Of a stretch of 50,391 nt of DNA, positions 19,719-30,036 are shown piece after piece. The translations under genes were made by a program, and so were the position numbers. The notes under the pieces were generated by a model that was not told where the DNA came from, did no database searches, and saw only the letters and a list, made by a program, of their open reading frames with translations. The stretch is from Bdellovibrio sp. (GTDB lineage Bacteria > Bdellovibrionota > Bdellovibrionia > Bdellovibrionales > Bdellovibrionaceae): contig JBKCUU010000068.1 of the NCBI GenBank assembly GCA_046318155.1, forward strand, positions 1 through 50,391, written 5' to 3'. How positions within the stretch are numbered: position 1 is the stretch's first letter; every line of letters begins with the position of its first letter.

Positions 19719-21178
19719 CGGTTCTCCTTCTGAGTTGGCGGCGGTGTCGGAGGAGCCGAAGACGTGGCACTTGGCGCCGAAGGTTTCAAAAAAGATTCCA
19801 AATTCAAACCGCGAACCGAGACAGCATCAAGGGTAAAACTATCGGGATACAAATGACTTCGGGCCATCACGAGCGAACGGTCACGGCCTTCGACTTTCTT
19901 TTTTTGTGGTTCCCCCAGCTTAAGCTCAAAAACGAGTTCGTCTTTAGCTTTGAAGAGCCTGACGGATCGGGTCTTTGGTTCTGGCTCCACGTCGCCTTTG
20001 CGGTCCATAAACTCGGCCACTTGCAAGGCTTGCAGACGATCAATCAAGGTCGATGCCAGCTCGGCGCTCAAGTTCAAAGCGGGATCAGCTTTGGCCATGG
20101 CCTTCCAGGTCTTCCCGTCAAAATCCATGACCGTGAGCCCCTCAGGTCCATGAACTTCGATCTTCAGAATATCTGCCTTCACGAAATCAAAAGGTTGCTT
20201 GCGATCACGCAAGATATCAAGCCGGACACCCAAAAATTTACTTGAGTCGACCGCTGCGATTTTGACAACTTGAACAGGCTCGCTCGTGAGGACGTAATAG
20301 TATTTATCTGTGTCGACGCCAAGATCGGCGGTAAAACTAGTCCCATCCTTAAACTGCATCAGGGCGCTGGCTAAAGGCTTTTGCAGGCCCCATTTTTTGA
20401 GCTCTTCGGTGGTCGGTGCCGCTTCTTTCACAAACTCGGTGACCAGGTTGCTATTGAACAAACCCAAAACATCGCGAACTTTATTCTGATCAAGCTTCCA
20501 ATCGGGGTGCTCGGCCGATGTCCACTTCGTATCGGCATAATTCAGTGTCAGTTTCTCGCCGCCTTTTGTGTACGTCAGCGATTCGATGCCAGACATCGAC
20601 TTACGTAAGAGCTTTTTGTCACGAAAATCAAAGTACTGCTTTTCAAGGCGACTAAACCAATTTGAGCTCGCGAGAAAAACTTTTTGTCCTTGATCCCGGC
20701 GAATAAAGGCCTCGCCCTGAAAATTCTTTTTTGAAGAAACAAAGAGCGTGATTTTTTCACCCAGGTTATTTTGAACCGTGACTTGGCCTTTGGGTTCGTC
20801 CAGACCAAAAACTTTCCAGTCAATTTCTTCATTCTCCATCAAAACATCACTGGCCTGTTCGGTGGCGACGCCTTCAACAAAATCTTGAACCTGATTTTGA
20901 TCTGCCAACTCCTGAATAGGCTCTTCGAGCCGCCAGCCGTCAGCAGACCTCTTCAAACGAATTTTATTGAAGAGCAACGGGTCCTTACCTTTTTGCGACG
21001 TGACCACATCACTTGATAGAATCTCGACCTGATTGATTTGATCAACCGGAAAAACAACCAGCTTGGCTTTTTCGGATTTCAGCTCTTCGTTTTTTTTTTC
21101 GCTCTGAAAGTCGTAAAAGGCAAAGCCCACCGCCAGCACAGTGGCCGAGCCGACCAGGAGCCAACTTTTATGTTTCAT
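19715..21178 (-). CDS. DUF4340 domain protein
   Basis: N-terminal TM; repeated W.L..P..AD / FGLDEP / FRDK / WGLQKP units; follows the GldG-like gene. Confidence 0.85.
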   Translation of the reverse strand: MKHKSWLLVGSATVLAVGFAFYDFQSEKKNEELKSEKAKLVVFPVDQINQVEILSSDVVTSQKGKDPLLFNKIRLKRSADGWRLEEPIQELADQNQVQDFVEGVATEQASDVLMENEEIDWKVFGLDEPKGQVTVQNNLGEKITLFVSSKKNFQGEAFIRRDQGQKVFLASSNWFSRLEKQYFDFRDKKLLRKSMSGIESLTYTKGGEKLTLNYADTKWTSAEHPDWKLDQNKVRDVLGLFNSNLVTEFVKEAAPTTEELKKWGLQKPLASALMQFKDGTSFTADLGVDTDKYYYVLTSEPVQVVKIAAVDSSKFLGVRLDILRDRKQPFDFVKADILKIEVHGPEGLTVMDFDGKTWKAMAKADPALNLSAELASTLIDRLQALQVAEFMDRKGDVEPEPKTRSVRLFKAKDELVFELKLGEPQKKKVEGRDRSLVMARSHLYPDSFTLDAVSVRGLNLESFLKPSAPSATSSAPPTPPPTQKENR

Positions 21179-22707
21179 GCATATCTCCGGCGAAACCAGA
21201 TCCAGCCGCTTAAGCCAAACATGATCAGCGGTAGAGGAATGATAAAGCCCAAGACAAACGCGACAAACTGGGTATCGGGCAACTCAAGTTTGGTGATGCC
21301 AACTTCCTTAGGCGTGATCGCGATTAAATTTTCTTCTTTCGCAAGCGAGGCGATCGCATTCAGCAGCAGATCGCGGTTCAAATTTTGATACAAATATTGG
21401 TCACTCAAGAAATCTGAGTCACCAAAGACCAGCAGTTGAAAGGTCCCTTTCCCGCCGGGATAAACGCCAGACGCTTCGACACCCAAGGTGAACGGGCCTT
21501 TTGCACCTTCGGACTTAAAATCCAAGCCCTTAAAAGCCATCGCGGATTCATTCGTTTTGACGAGGGCCTCAAGAGCAACGCCTTCAGGCGCTTTCGTCAT
21601 TTTCAAATCTTGCGGAAGACGAAAGACTGTGAATTCAGATTTGCCAAAGGGGCTCGTGATCTTGTTGCTCTTCGAAAAATCCGTCCCGCGTGTAAAACGC
21701 GGATCCACAGCACGCCCCATTGGCGTATCGAGAACCGTGGCGATGTAATCGTTTTGAGTTTCGATCCCCAGGCCCTTCAAAAATGCATTGAGATTGTGAC
21801 GCATGCGAGGCTTCACAGCCAAGATCATGCTCCCCCCGCGGCGAAGATAATCTTCAAGCGCTTTAACCTCGACATCGATAAAGCCCTGCATCGGACCAAT
21901 GACCATTAAAACGTCGGCGTCAGCGGGAACCGCGGGTGCCGCGCTCAAAGAAAAGGTCTCGACCTTGTAGTTGTTCCCTTCAAGCAAAGTCTTGAGCAGG
22001 CTTAGGCTCTGGCCATCTTGACTGGCTTCGGTCGTCAGCTCGCCATGTCCGGTCAGCAAAAAGATTTTCTTTGATTTTTCGCGGGTCACCTTGACCAAAG
22101 CGCCGGTCAACTCTTGCTCATCAATTTTTTCGATGAGATTTGTTCGGCCTTGGTACTCGAGCAAAACAGCTTGAGATCCCTTTTTAATGTCGTACTTTTC
22201 GGTTAAGTCAGGTCGCTTGTTGATTTCGACAAAATCCAATTTGACATGCGGTGTTTGGTCTTCGTACTTGCGAATCAGCTCGATAAAAGCGCGGCGGTTT
22301 TGTTCAACGCCTTCAGTCCCCTCTTTATAAAAATAAATCACCTTCAAGTCTGATTTCAAACCCTTGAGCAATTGCAAAGACTGCGGAGAGAGAGTGTTCA
22401 CTCGCCCCAGTGACAAATCCCAAGTGAGGTAACGCCGAGCACCCACAAAGTTCACCGCGATCAAAGTCACCAGAACAAGCGCGATCATCGCGCCCATACT
22501 CATCCCCTTGCGCGTGGTTTTCATGGTCAAAAATTCGCCAAAAAAAGTACGGTCAACATAGATGGCGCCTGCCAAAAGAGCCGTCGACATTCCAAGGGCA
22601 ATCCATAGAAAGGGAACCCAAGCACCAGCGAGCAGCCGGATAACGGCAAAGCAAACAATCGAGATGCCCGCGAGCAACCATAAGATTTTTCCTAAACGGC
22701 TCATCAC
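21175..22707 (-). CDS. GldG-like ABC auxiliary protein
   Basis: WDLS....TLS..S, GHGE, VIGP and VFGDSDF..N motifs; C-terminal TM + RRR. Confidence 0.88.
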   Translation of the reverse strand: MMSRLGKILWLLAGISIVCFAVIRLLAGAWVPFLWIALGMSTALLAGAIYVDRTFFGEFLTMKTTRKGMSMGAMIALVLVTLIAVNFVGARRYLTWDLSLGRVNTLSPQSLQLLKGLKSDLKVIYFYKEGTEGVEQNRRAFIELIRKYEDQTPHVKLDFVEINKRPDLTEKYDIKKGSQAVLLEYQGRTNLIEKIDEQELTGALVKVTREKSKKIFLLTGHGELTTEASQDGQSLSLLKTLLEGNNYKVETFSLSAAPAVPADADVLMVIGPMQGFIDVEVKALEDYLRRGGSMILAVKPRMRHNLNAFLKGLGIETQNDYIATVLDTPMGRAVDPRFTRGTDFSKSNKITSPFGKSEFTVFRLPQDLKMTKAPEGVALEALVKTNESAMAFKGLDFKSEGAKGPFTLGVEASGVYPGGKGTFQLLVFGDSDFLSDQYLYQNLNRDLLLNAIASLAKEENLIAITPKEVGITKLELPDTQFVAFVLGFIIPLPLIMFGLSGWIWFRRRYA

Positions 22708-23480
22708 GACCTCCAGCGCGAGGCTTCAATGACTCGCTCCGATAGAAAGCAAAACAAAAAAATCAAACTGCCAAAGAAAATCAAACCAGTTGTCCGGATC
22801 GTTCCCTCGACAAATCCCGACAAATGCTGATTCAGCGAAATGTGTTCGAACACAGCCCGGGCCGCTGTGCTATCGACGACATCGACGCCCATTCCGATAA
22901 ACCAAATCGAAATATTAAAAATGACGGCCATGACGTAAGCCACGATCGCAGACTCGGTCAGTGACGAGCAAAATAGATCCATTGCTGTGTACACAGCCGC
23001 AACCAAAAAGATCCCTAAAAATGCGACCAACAAAGTCACCCAGTTAAACGACGCAAAAAGCGAAGTGGCGGCCGGGTACAAAAACCCGAGCCCGATGATC
23101 ATCAAAACAGCCGCAAGCGCCGACAGGTACTTTCCGACAACGATTTGTGCCGAGGTCACGGGTGACGTCAGCAGCAAATCAAAGGTTCGCATCTTTTTCT
23201 CTTCAGAAAACAAACGCATCGTTAAAGCCGGTACGATCAGGATCAACATCAAGTTGATAAAACTCAAATGCCGCAAGAAAACCCCGTAATGAATATTCAA
23301 CTGCTGCTGCGGGAGACTGCCCGCATAAACTGAAGTCTCAATCTGCATTTTAAATGCGCGGAGGCTGTTGGGGTAAATCCAGCTGAGGACCACCGTGATC
23401 AATCCACACACGAGCAAAAAGTTGGGGTTGAACAAAAACCCACGCCACTCTTTTCGAAAAATGATCCAGATTTTTTTCAT
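22704..23480 (-). CDS. GldF-like ABC-2 permease
   Basis: PALTMRLFSEEKK..TFDLLLTSP...QIVVGKY; six TM segments. Confidence 0.9.
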   Translation of the reverse strand: MKKIWIIFRKEWRGFLFNPNFLLVCGLITVVLSWIYPNSLRAFKMQIETSVYAGSLPQQQLNIHYGVFLRHLSFINLMLILIVPALTMRLFSEEKKMRTFDLLLTSPVTSAQIVVGKYLSALAAVLMIIGLGFLYPAATSLFASFNWVTLLVAFLGIFLVAAVYTAMDLFCSSLTESAIVAYVMAVIFNISIWFIGMGVDVVDSTAARAVFEHISLNQHLSGFVEGTIRTTGLIFFGSLIFLFCFLSERVIEASRWRS

Positions 23481-24430
23481 TTCAAAACTCCCGCGTTCTG
23501 CGGCTCGTTGCTTTCGCCGTAAGTCAGTTTCAAGAAAATTTCTTCAAGATCCGCTCGGGCTGACGAGATCTCAAGAAGGCCAGCACCCTTCCCGATCACT
23601 TCGCTCGCAATCCGTTCAATCACTTCTTCATTTTCAGACGTGTCGATCTGCCAATCTTGCGTTCCCATCAGCTGAACGGCCAAGACGCCGGGCAAAGCTT
23701 TGAGCTGCGAAGTTAAATCCGCATTGGCTTTGCGGACCTTGAGGTGCACTTTGCGGGAACCCGACTTTAAGTTGGACAAATTATCGAGCGTGTCTTGAGC
23801 CACGATCTTTCCGCGATTGATGATAATGATGCGTTCACAAGTGGCTTGAACCTCGGGAAGAATGTGTGTCGATAGGATAATGGTGTGCTCGCCGCGCAGC
23901 TCGCGGATGAGGTCTCTGATCTCGGCGACTTGCTTTGGATCCAAACCCACCGTGGGCTCATCCAAAATCAGCACTTCGGGATTTGAAACTAACGCTTGGG
24001 CGATGCCCACCCGTTGCCTGAAGCCCTTTGATAAATTCTGTATCAGACGTTTCTCAACAGAGCGCAAATTTGTTTTTTCAATCGCGCGGTCAACGGACAC
24101 TTTTAGTTTTGAAGCGTCCACACCTTTGAGCTCGGCGACAAAAGTGAGATAATCCCGAACCAACATATCGGTGTAAACCGGAGGCGTTTCGGGCAAGTAG
24201 CCGATGCGCTTTTTAACTTCAATCGGATTTTCGAACACATCAAAACCACCAATACGAGCGAGTCCCTCACTTGGTGCCATAAACCCCGTGATGATTTTCA
24301 TGGTCGTTGATTTGCCCGCTCCGTTGGGTCCTAAAAATCCGACGACTTCACCTTTGCGAATGTGAAATGAAAGTCGGTCGATGGCCGTATGATCGCCATA
24401 CTTTTTCGTCAAGTTCTCGACAATGATCAC
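23477..24430 (-). CDS. GldA-like ABC ATP-binding protein
   Basis: GPNGAGKS, LSKGFRQRVG, ILDEPT.GLDP and STHIL motifs. Confidence 0.95.
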   Translation of the reverse strand: MIIVENLTKKYGDHTAIDRLSFHIRKGEVVGFLGPNGAGKSTTMKIITGFMAPSEGLARIGGFDVFENPIEVKKRIGYLPETPPVYTDMLVRDYLTFVAELKGVDASKLKVSVDRAIEKTNLRSVEKRLIQNLSKGFRQRVGIAQALVSNPEVLILDEPTVGLDPKQVAEIRDLIRELRGEHTIILSTHILPEVQATCERIIIINRGKIVAQDTLDNLSNLKSGSRKVHLKVRKANADLTSQLKALPGVLAVQLMGTQDWQIDTSENEEVIERIASEVIGKGAGLLEISSARADLEEIFLKLTYGESNEPQNAGVLK

Positions 24431-24466
24431 AAAGCACCTCGCCTTCAGCTATCTTCTGCAAAAGAA

Positions 24467-24494
24467 ATTCTAGAAGAGTCCCCTCAGAAATCAA
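24467..24494 (-). promoter_or_regulatory. Putative sigma70 promoter of the Gld-like ABC operon
   Basis: Minus strand TTGATT-N16-TAGAAT. Confidence 0.5.
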
Positions 24495-24544
24495 GGGACC
24501 ATCACGTTTCAGCGCGGGGCGAGTGCTGCAATGCGACTACTGAT

Positions 24545-25873
24545 TTAGCTCCCTTGCGAGGTGAACGTATGCACCTGGGGATAGTGATAGGTCACCCGTC
24601 CGAGCTTGTCGCCCTTGATCGGTTTTACAAAGCGGCATTCAACAACGATGACGTCGTATTTTTGTCCGCCGCTGAGAGACATTTTCTTGCCTTTTGATTC
24701 TTTCCACACCCATTCCGCCACAGCTTGCAGAGTCTCGCGCGGCACATTTTGATCACGGTTGCGAAACAACACGGCATGGGCACCCGGTTCATCTTTGAGA
24801 TGGACCCACAGGTCCCATCCCCGCGCTTGCCGCAGAATCGCCAGATTGTCGGCACCTGATTTGCCGAGCGCCGCCTCAAGCCCACCCTCGAGCTGGAGTC
24901 GACGACCTGCTGCATGGGCCTTTTTCATCATTTGTCCAGCGCGGGACCTTGGGGCCACGAGCTGATCGAATCTTCCGGCTTCAAGCTGAGCTTGAAGTTT
25001 TTGAACTTCTTTTTCAAGAACCTCGATCCGGCTCATGGTGCCGTTGCGTTTGCGTTCAACGTCTTTGGCTTTTTGATACGCTGCCGCCATATTGTCAAAG
25101 CGTGATTTTTTCTGGTCATACAATCGCAAGAGATCCTCGGGCACAACCTCTGAAGATTTCAGCGCATCACCAAGCGCGCGGTACTGATCTGCTTCATGAC
25201 GACCTAGGTTCTCACGCATGGCGAGAATGGCTTTTTTTTTCTTCTGCAGATCTTTTTCGGTTTTTTTTTGCGCCGCAGCTTTTGGCGCCAACACTTTTGG
25301 CGGCTCGAGCAAGACTTTCGTAGAAAAAGAATCCGGAGCCGGTGCCTTTTGGGGTGAAGGCAGGACGCCGTGGTATTGAGCGACCTCGAAAGACCAAGCC
25401 GCCCAGTCTTTTTCAATAACCTCAAACTCCGGCAACTGAGGCGGTGGCAAAACGGCGGGCTTGTTCCAGCTAATCGACTTGCCGCTGGCCCGCACGGTCA
25501 GATTTGGATTCTTAGGAATCAAATCAAACTGCGCGACACACTCGCGACCTTCACCACCGGCAAAGACAAACTCCAAAACACGCCCCTGATCAAGCAAAAG
25601 ATGAATGTCCCGCAAAACCAAATTGCGGGCGTGCGAGTTTAAAAAAAGCGTCACCGGCTTGGCCGCCTTTTTCACGCGAGGCTTTTGCTCTTGGATCCAC
25701 ATGAGGGGCGCTGACGGGTGCAAGCGAACGCCAAGATAAATTTCGCGCCAAGAATAAAACTGAAAAATGACGATTTCTCCGTCAGTCCATAAGTCTTGAA
25801 GTTGTGCATTCACCAGACGACTTCTCATCCATTCGCAAAACGAGACGAGTTCGTTCGAGTTTAAGGACTTCAT
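24545..25873 (-). CDS. NFACT / RqcH (FbpA-like) protein
   Basis: NFACT-N (RVLEF..DL..NPNL), coiled coil, NFACT-R (GKSGADN..DLWVH...PGAH..FVKPIKG..GRVTY). Confidence 0.85.
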   Translation of the reverse strand: MKSLNSNELVSFCEWMRSRLVNAQLQDLWTDGEIVIFQFYSWREIYLGVRLHPSAPLMWIQEQKPRVKKAAKPVTLFLNSHARNLVLRDIHLLLDQGRVLEFVFAGGEGRECVAQFDLIPKNPNLTVRASGKSISWNKPAVLPPPQLPEFEVIEKDWAAWSFEVAQYHGVLPSPQKAPAPDSFSTKVLLEPPKVLAPKAAAQKKTEKDLQKKKKAILAMRENLGRHEADQYRALGDALKSSEVVPEDLLRLYDQKKSRFDNMAAAYQKAKDVERKRNGTMSRIEVLEKEVQKLQAQLEAGRFDQLVAPRSRAGQMMKKAHAAGRRLQLEGGLEAALGKSGADNLAILRQARGWDLWVHLKDEPGAHAVLFRNRDQNVPRETLQAVAEWVWKESKGKKMSLSGGQKYDVIVVECRFVKPIKGDKLGRVTYHYPQVHTFTSQGS

Positions 25874-25897
25874 TCTTTAAGAATTACATCAAGGCGT

Positions 25898-25924
25898 TAA
25901 GAAAGAAAAGGAGCAAGCCGATGA
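25898..25924 (+). promoter_or_regulatory. Sigma28 (FliA)-type promoter
   Basis: TAAG-N15-GCCGATGA; GTG start at 25932. Confidence 0.65.
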
Positions 25925-25931
25925 CACCTCT

Positions 25932-26210
25932 GTGAAAAAAGATCGCTTAGCAATTTTGGTAAAAAAATATTTGGATAACGATAGCCGGCGGGCTGATACC
26001 TTCGACGAACTCCTCATCGAGGCTGTTGGTGATTACATGGCCGAGTTGATGGAGGCCTCATTTATCCCCCACTCGCACCTGGACATGGTCGAAGAGGTGT
26101 TGCTTGAGGATTCGTGGGATATCCTGAGAAAAATGACCTATGGCTCGCTCAGCCTCGAGGATTACCGCGATAACCGCGCAAAAAAAGACCGCCGCAAAAT
26201 TGATTGCTAG
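25932..26210 (+). CDS. Small acidic hypothetical protein
   Basis: 92-aa ORF filling the gap between rqcH and the methylase; sigma28-like promoter directly upstream. Confidence 0.75.
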   Translation: MKKDRLAILVKKYLDNDSRRADTFDELLIEAVGDYMAELMEASFIPHSHLDMVEEVLLEDSWDILRKMTYGSLSLEDYRDNRAKKDRRKIDC

Positions 26211-26228
26211 AACACTGAAAGACGCGCT

Positions 26229-27113
26229 TTACAAAAATAATGACTTCTTTTTGAATCGGGCCGCGAAGAGCGGTCCGTATCCTAAGCGGTCGGGCAAAAA
26301 CTGGACACCGTATTCGGTGCGCTCGGCGCCCGCGGGCAGTGGCAACTCATCAAATTCAAACCGCTCGCTCTTTTTCTTGTGCAGTTTTGCTAAGACATCG
26401 TCATTTTCCAGCCGAGACAGAGCGCACGTCGAGTAAACGATCGTTCCCCCAGGCCTTAAGGCCTCGAGTGCTCCCGAAAGAAGCGAGTACTGCTCTTGCG
26501 CCAGACGTTTGCTTCGCGAGGCCGACCAAGACGCCATTTCTTTTTTGTTTCCAAACAAATGCCGCTCGCCCGAACAAGGGGCATCCACTAAAATTCGATC
26601 AAAGCCTTCAGGATGTGACTTTGAAAACAGCCCGCCCTCTTTGCCCGTGACCCTGACGCGGTCTCTAATCTCACGCGGGACGTATTGCTGAATCACTTTC
26701 ATGAGGCGCTCGCGCCGAGCGGGGCTGGGCTCGTTCGCCTGGATCTCACCCTCGTCTTTGAGTGCTTCAATTAGGCAGAGGCTTTTCCCGCCCGGTGCTG
26801 CGCACATATCGAGAACCTGATCGCCCGCTTGCACATTGAGTGCACGCGCGATCCAAACACTGGCCGGATCCATCAAGTAAAAGCCAAGCAGCCCCTCGCT
26901 CCCGCGGGGAATTTCACGGCGCAGAGTCTCGGTCGGTTGATAACAATGTGGAAAAACCGTGGGTTCAAAATCAATCAAATCTGAAGTCTCGACATCGGCA
27001 AACAAGTTGCGGCGAGCCACTTGAATTTCATCATTTTTCAATGCGTTTTCAAGGACGCCCCAGCGCTCTCCCCATTGAGCTTGATAAAACTGAAGTACAC
27101 TTTCTTGAGCCAT
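26229..27113 (-). CDS. RsmB/NOP (NSUN4-like) RNA m5C methyltransferase
   Basis: YLMDPAS, VLDMCAAPGGK, DRILVDAPCSGE and VYSTC motifs. Start placed at MAQESV. Confidence 0.92.
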   Translation of the reverse strand: MAQESVLQFYQAQWGERWGVLENALKNDEIQVARRNLFADVETSDLIDFEPTVFPHCYQPTETLRREIPRGSEGLLGFYLMDPASVWIARALNVQAGDQVLDMCAAPGGKSLCLIEALKDEGEIQANEPSPARRERLMKVIQQYVPREIRDRVRVTGKEGGLFSKSHPEGFDRILVDAPCSGERHLFGNKKEMASWSASRSKRLAQEQYSLLSGALEALRPGGTIVYSTCALSRLENDDVLAKLHKKKSERFEFDELPLPAGAERTEYGVQFLPDRLGYGPLFAARFKKKSLFL

Positions 27114-27212
27114 ACCGAAAGTTCTCACTGAAGACAGGGCGCTTGTCAAATGACGGCCTGGCCCATGTGACGAGGCTCTTACAATCCTGATGTTTTGTGA
27201 TAGGCTGTGTCC

Positions 27213-27512
27213 ATGTCGTATAAAACTCATCTTTTCGTTTGCACGAACGCTCCCGATAACCCCAAAAAATGTGGATCTAAAGGAAGCGAAGACATGCGCC
27301 GGCGGCTCAAAGACACCTGTTTCAAAAAGTACGGAAAAGACGTCCGAATCAATGCTTCGGGCTGCTTAGGCTATTGCGAACGCGGCATTGCTGCCGTTGT
27401 CTATCCTTCTGGCCAGTGGCTCCTGGATCTGACAAATCAGGACGATCAAAAACTGCTGGATGCCGTCGACGAATCCCAGCTCTCAAACCAGTCGCCTAGG
27501 CTCAAGTCTTAG
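27213..27512 (+). CDS. Thioredoxin-like [2Fe-2S] ferredoxin
   Basis: HLFVCTN..C..VRIN.SGCLGYC..G..VVYP motif. Confidence 0.92.
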   Translation: MSYKTHLFVCTNAPDNPKKCGSKGSEDMRRRLKDTCFKKYGKDVRINASGCLGYCERGIAAVVYPSGQWLLDLTNQDDQKLLDAVDESQLSNQSPRLKS

Positions 27513-27521
27513 GACTTGAGC
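27500..27521. terminator. Hairpin overlapping the ferredoxin stop codon
   Basis: GCTCAAGTC-TTAG-GACTTGAGC, a 9-bp stem followed by an A-run. Confidence 0.4.
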
Positions 27522-27567
27522 TGAGCAAAAAAAAATCCGATCGACCTCCTGAACTTAGGGAGGTTTT

Positions 27568-30015
27568 GTGACGCGTTTTTCAATTTTGTCCATGACTGCG
27601 ATCGTACTAAGCCTGGTCGCGTGCTCGAGCCCAGCCCCTCGTCAACCATCAGGTCTTTTTGATTTTCTGCAAGGCTCCAATGAGAGTGCTCGCAGTTTAA
27701 CTGATGAAGAAATCATCGCGGCGTCATCGTCGGGGCCACTCAAAGCAACACGACTCCGCGTTCTTGTTGACAACGATTCCTCGTTTCAAACAAAAATTGA
27801 GGCCTTGAGATCTGCAAAATCAGGCGATGTCGTCCGTTTGTCTTACTACATTTATACGGACGATCACTCCTCTGCTGTTTTCTGGCAAGAAATGCTCGCC
27901 GCCGCCAAGCGCGGAGCCGAAATCAAACTTTTTGCTGATCTGATAACCAATTACCTTTATGTTGATCTCTTTTCTTATCTCGAAAAAGAAAGCCGTGGCC
28001 GCATTCAGACTCGTTTCTTCATGAGTCTTTCGGATTCACTCAAGCGTGACCTCAGTTTTTTAACTCGCCCATGCCCCCCGCACCAGGGTGCCGTCACGCC
28101 CAGCACTTGCTCTGCGGCCAAGTGGGCCGAGATTGAACGCAGCCCCGCGATTGATCCTTACGCCAAACTTTTATTGAGCGGCCTCTTGAAGCGAAGTGCC
28201 ACCGCTGCAAAAACAGCCCTCGTTGAAGGCCAGCAACTCGATCTGGCCAAAATGAGGTCTGGAGCTGGATCAAAAGAAGACACGGCCCAATTGGTTGAGT
28301 TTTTAAAACTTCTCGTGAAAGCAAAGTTTCAAAAAGATGCCGTGGCCTCAGTCAAAGTTGCCCTTGCTTACTCGCTCTACGGCGACAAGCTCAATCCTGT
28401 GATGAATCAAATTAACGGAATCGTGCCGCTTGAGCAAACGGGTGAGAGCAGTGTTCAGGATTGGGAGCACATCACTGATTTTACGCACCACAAGTTTCTA
28501 ATGATTGGTCACCGTTTTCTGCAAATCGGCGGACGCAATATCGAAAACTCGTACCATACTAAACCCAGTGAGCTGACAAAAAAATACATTTTCAAGGACG
28601 TCGACGCCGCAATTGAAATCGAAAAGGGCGGCGAAGCCGTTGCCAGATCTTTTGATCAATACTGGTCGTTTCCTGCACTCACGCTTTCATTAGCGGATGT
28701 TCTTAAAATTGCACCCCCAGATTTTGTTATGAACATCGAAGCAGCAGAAAAGTCGCTCCAAGCTTGTTCCAAAGGCGCTTTTGGAGCGACCCGCCGAGCC
28801 GCGGTCGCTGATTGCCTTGCCAAAAACATCCCGAAGCATCCAAGTTTCAAAAACTTAGATCAGCGCTTGATGCAAGTCGAATCGACGATGGAAAAGAATG
28901 CAAAAATCTACCGTGAGACCTACCGTCCTGTTGTCAATGAAACCTGGTCAACCGCAGATAATATGACTGGCGATATCTCAAAGCGTGACTTGGCTTCTTC
29001 GCTGATTACCTACGTTGAAAATATTCACTTTGATAAACACAAAAATGCCAATGCAAGAACACGAATTTATGGCTCTAAGCCTGGAAAAGAACTTGAGTCA
29101 GGAAAATACCTACACTATCTCTGGCTTCGCGGAATGGAAAATGTCTGCGCAACGACAGCCGCAGCGTACAAGCAAAACCCTAGTCTTCCCCGTCAACGCG
29201 TCATCTTGCACTCGGCGTATTTTTTGCCTCCCGCGATCATGATGAAGACTCTAGCCAAGATGATAGATGGCACCTGGGACTGCCGAGGTGTTCGCGTCAC
29301 CATCTTGACCAACTCGATGGAGACGACAGATCTCAATGTCATTAACTTGATTGGCCGGTATCAAATGACCGCCTTTTACAATGTCTACTCTCAACGGGAT
29401 GATTACTTTGGTGATGCCCTCTACCAGGATGACCGCTCACAAGATCCCCGCTTTAATCGTTCCAGCCGCAGCACGGGCCGCGCTGCAATCGTTGACTACT
29501 TTGAGCTGAAAAATATGGATGCCCAAGCACGGGTCTCCCTCCATGCCAAAGTGGCGATTCTAGGAAAAGATGCTCTCATTGGTTCTGCCAATGGCGACGT
29601 TCGCAGCTACTACATGGACACAAACAATGGCTTGTACTTAAAGAATGTGCCTGAGTTTGTGAAATCCTACACAGCCTGGCTCGACAAGCAAATTGCTGAT
29701 CGCGGCAGGACACGCTCTTTGGTGGCGGCGTTTACGGGTGGTGGCATCCCTGTCGATGTGACGCGTGAAAGACTTCATGCTGAAGATCGCCAGCTCCTCA
29801 AAATCTTTCTCGATAAACGAGCGTTCGGCAAGAAAGTAAGTCCTCAACACCGAACAGAGATCAATCAGCTGGTCGAAAAAGTGACCAACATGGTTTACGA
29901 CTCAACTCTCAAGATCATGGCACCCTCTAAAAATGAGGGCGAAGACAAGTTCCAACGAGAGCAAGAACAACTGCAAACCATGGAACAATTCGACCGCTGG
30001 CTCCAACTCCTCTAA
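27568..30015 (+). CDS. Phospholipase D superfamily lipoprotein (ClsC-like, large insertions)
   Basis: Lipobox LVAC; YYIY.DD; HHKFLMIG..GGRNI; LHAKVAILG..IGSANGD.RS...TN; SD GGGAGG. Confidence 0.88.
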   Translation: MTRFSILSMTAIVLSLVACSSPAPRQPSGLFDFLQGSNESARSLTDEEIIAASSSGPLKATRLRVLVDNDSSFQTKIEALRSAKSGDVVRLSYYIYTDDHSSAVFWQEMLAAAKRGAEIKLFADLITNYLYVDLFSYLEKESRGRIQTRFFMSLSDSLKRDLSFLTRPCPPHQGAVTPSTCSAAKWAEIERSPAIDPYAKLLLSGLLKRSATAAKTALVEGQQLDLAKMRSGAGSKEDTAQLVEFLKLLVKAKFQKDAVASVKVALAYSLYGDKLNPVMNQINGIVPLEQTGESSVQDWEHITDFTHHKFLMIGHRFLQIGGRNIENSYHTKPSELTKKYIFKDVDAAIEIEKGGEAVARSFDQYWSFPALTLSLADVLKIAPPDFVMNIEAAEKSLQACSKGAFGATRRAAVADCLAKNIPKHPSFKNLDQRLMQVESTMEKNAKIYRETYRPVVNETWSTADNMTGDISKRDLASSLITYVENIHFDKHKNANARTRIYGSKPGKELESGKYLHYLWLRGMENVCATTAAAYKQNPSLPRQRVILHSAYFLPPAIMMKTLAKMIDGTWDCRGVRVTILTNSMETTDLNVINLIGRYQMTAFYNVYSQRDDYFGDALYQDDRSQDPRFNRSSRSTGRAAIVDYFELKNMDAQARVSLHAKVAILGKDALIGSANGDVRSYYMDTNNGLYLKNVPEFVKSYTAWLDKQIADRGRTRSLVAAFTGGGIPVDVTRERLHAEDRQLLKIFLDKRAFGKKVSPQHRTEINQLVEKVTNMVYDSTLKIMAPSKNEGEDKFQREQEQLQTMEQFDRWLQLL

Positions 30016-30036
30016 AAGGTAGCTGCTACCTTTTTT
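30014..30036. terminator. Bidirectional intrinsic terminator between the convergent PLD and phoR genes
   Basis: AAAAGGTAG-CTG-CTACCTTTTTT. Confidence 0.6.
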
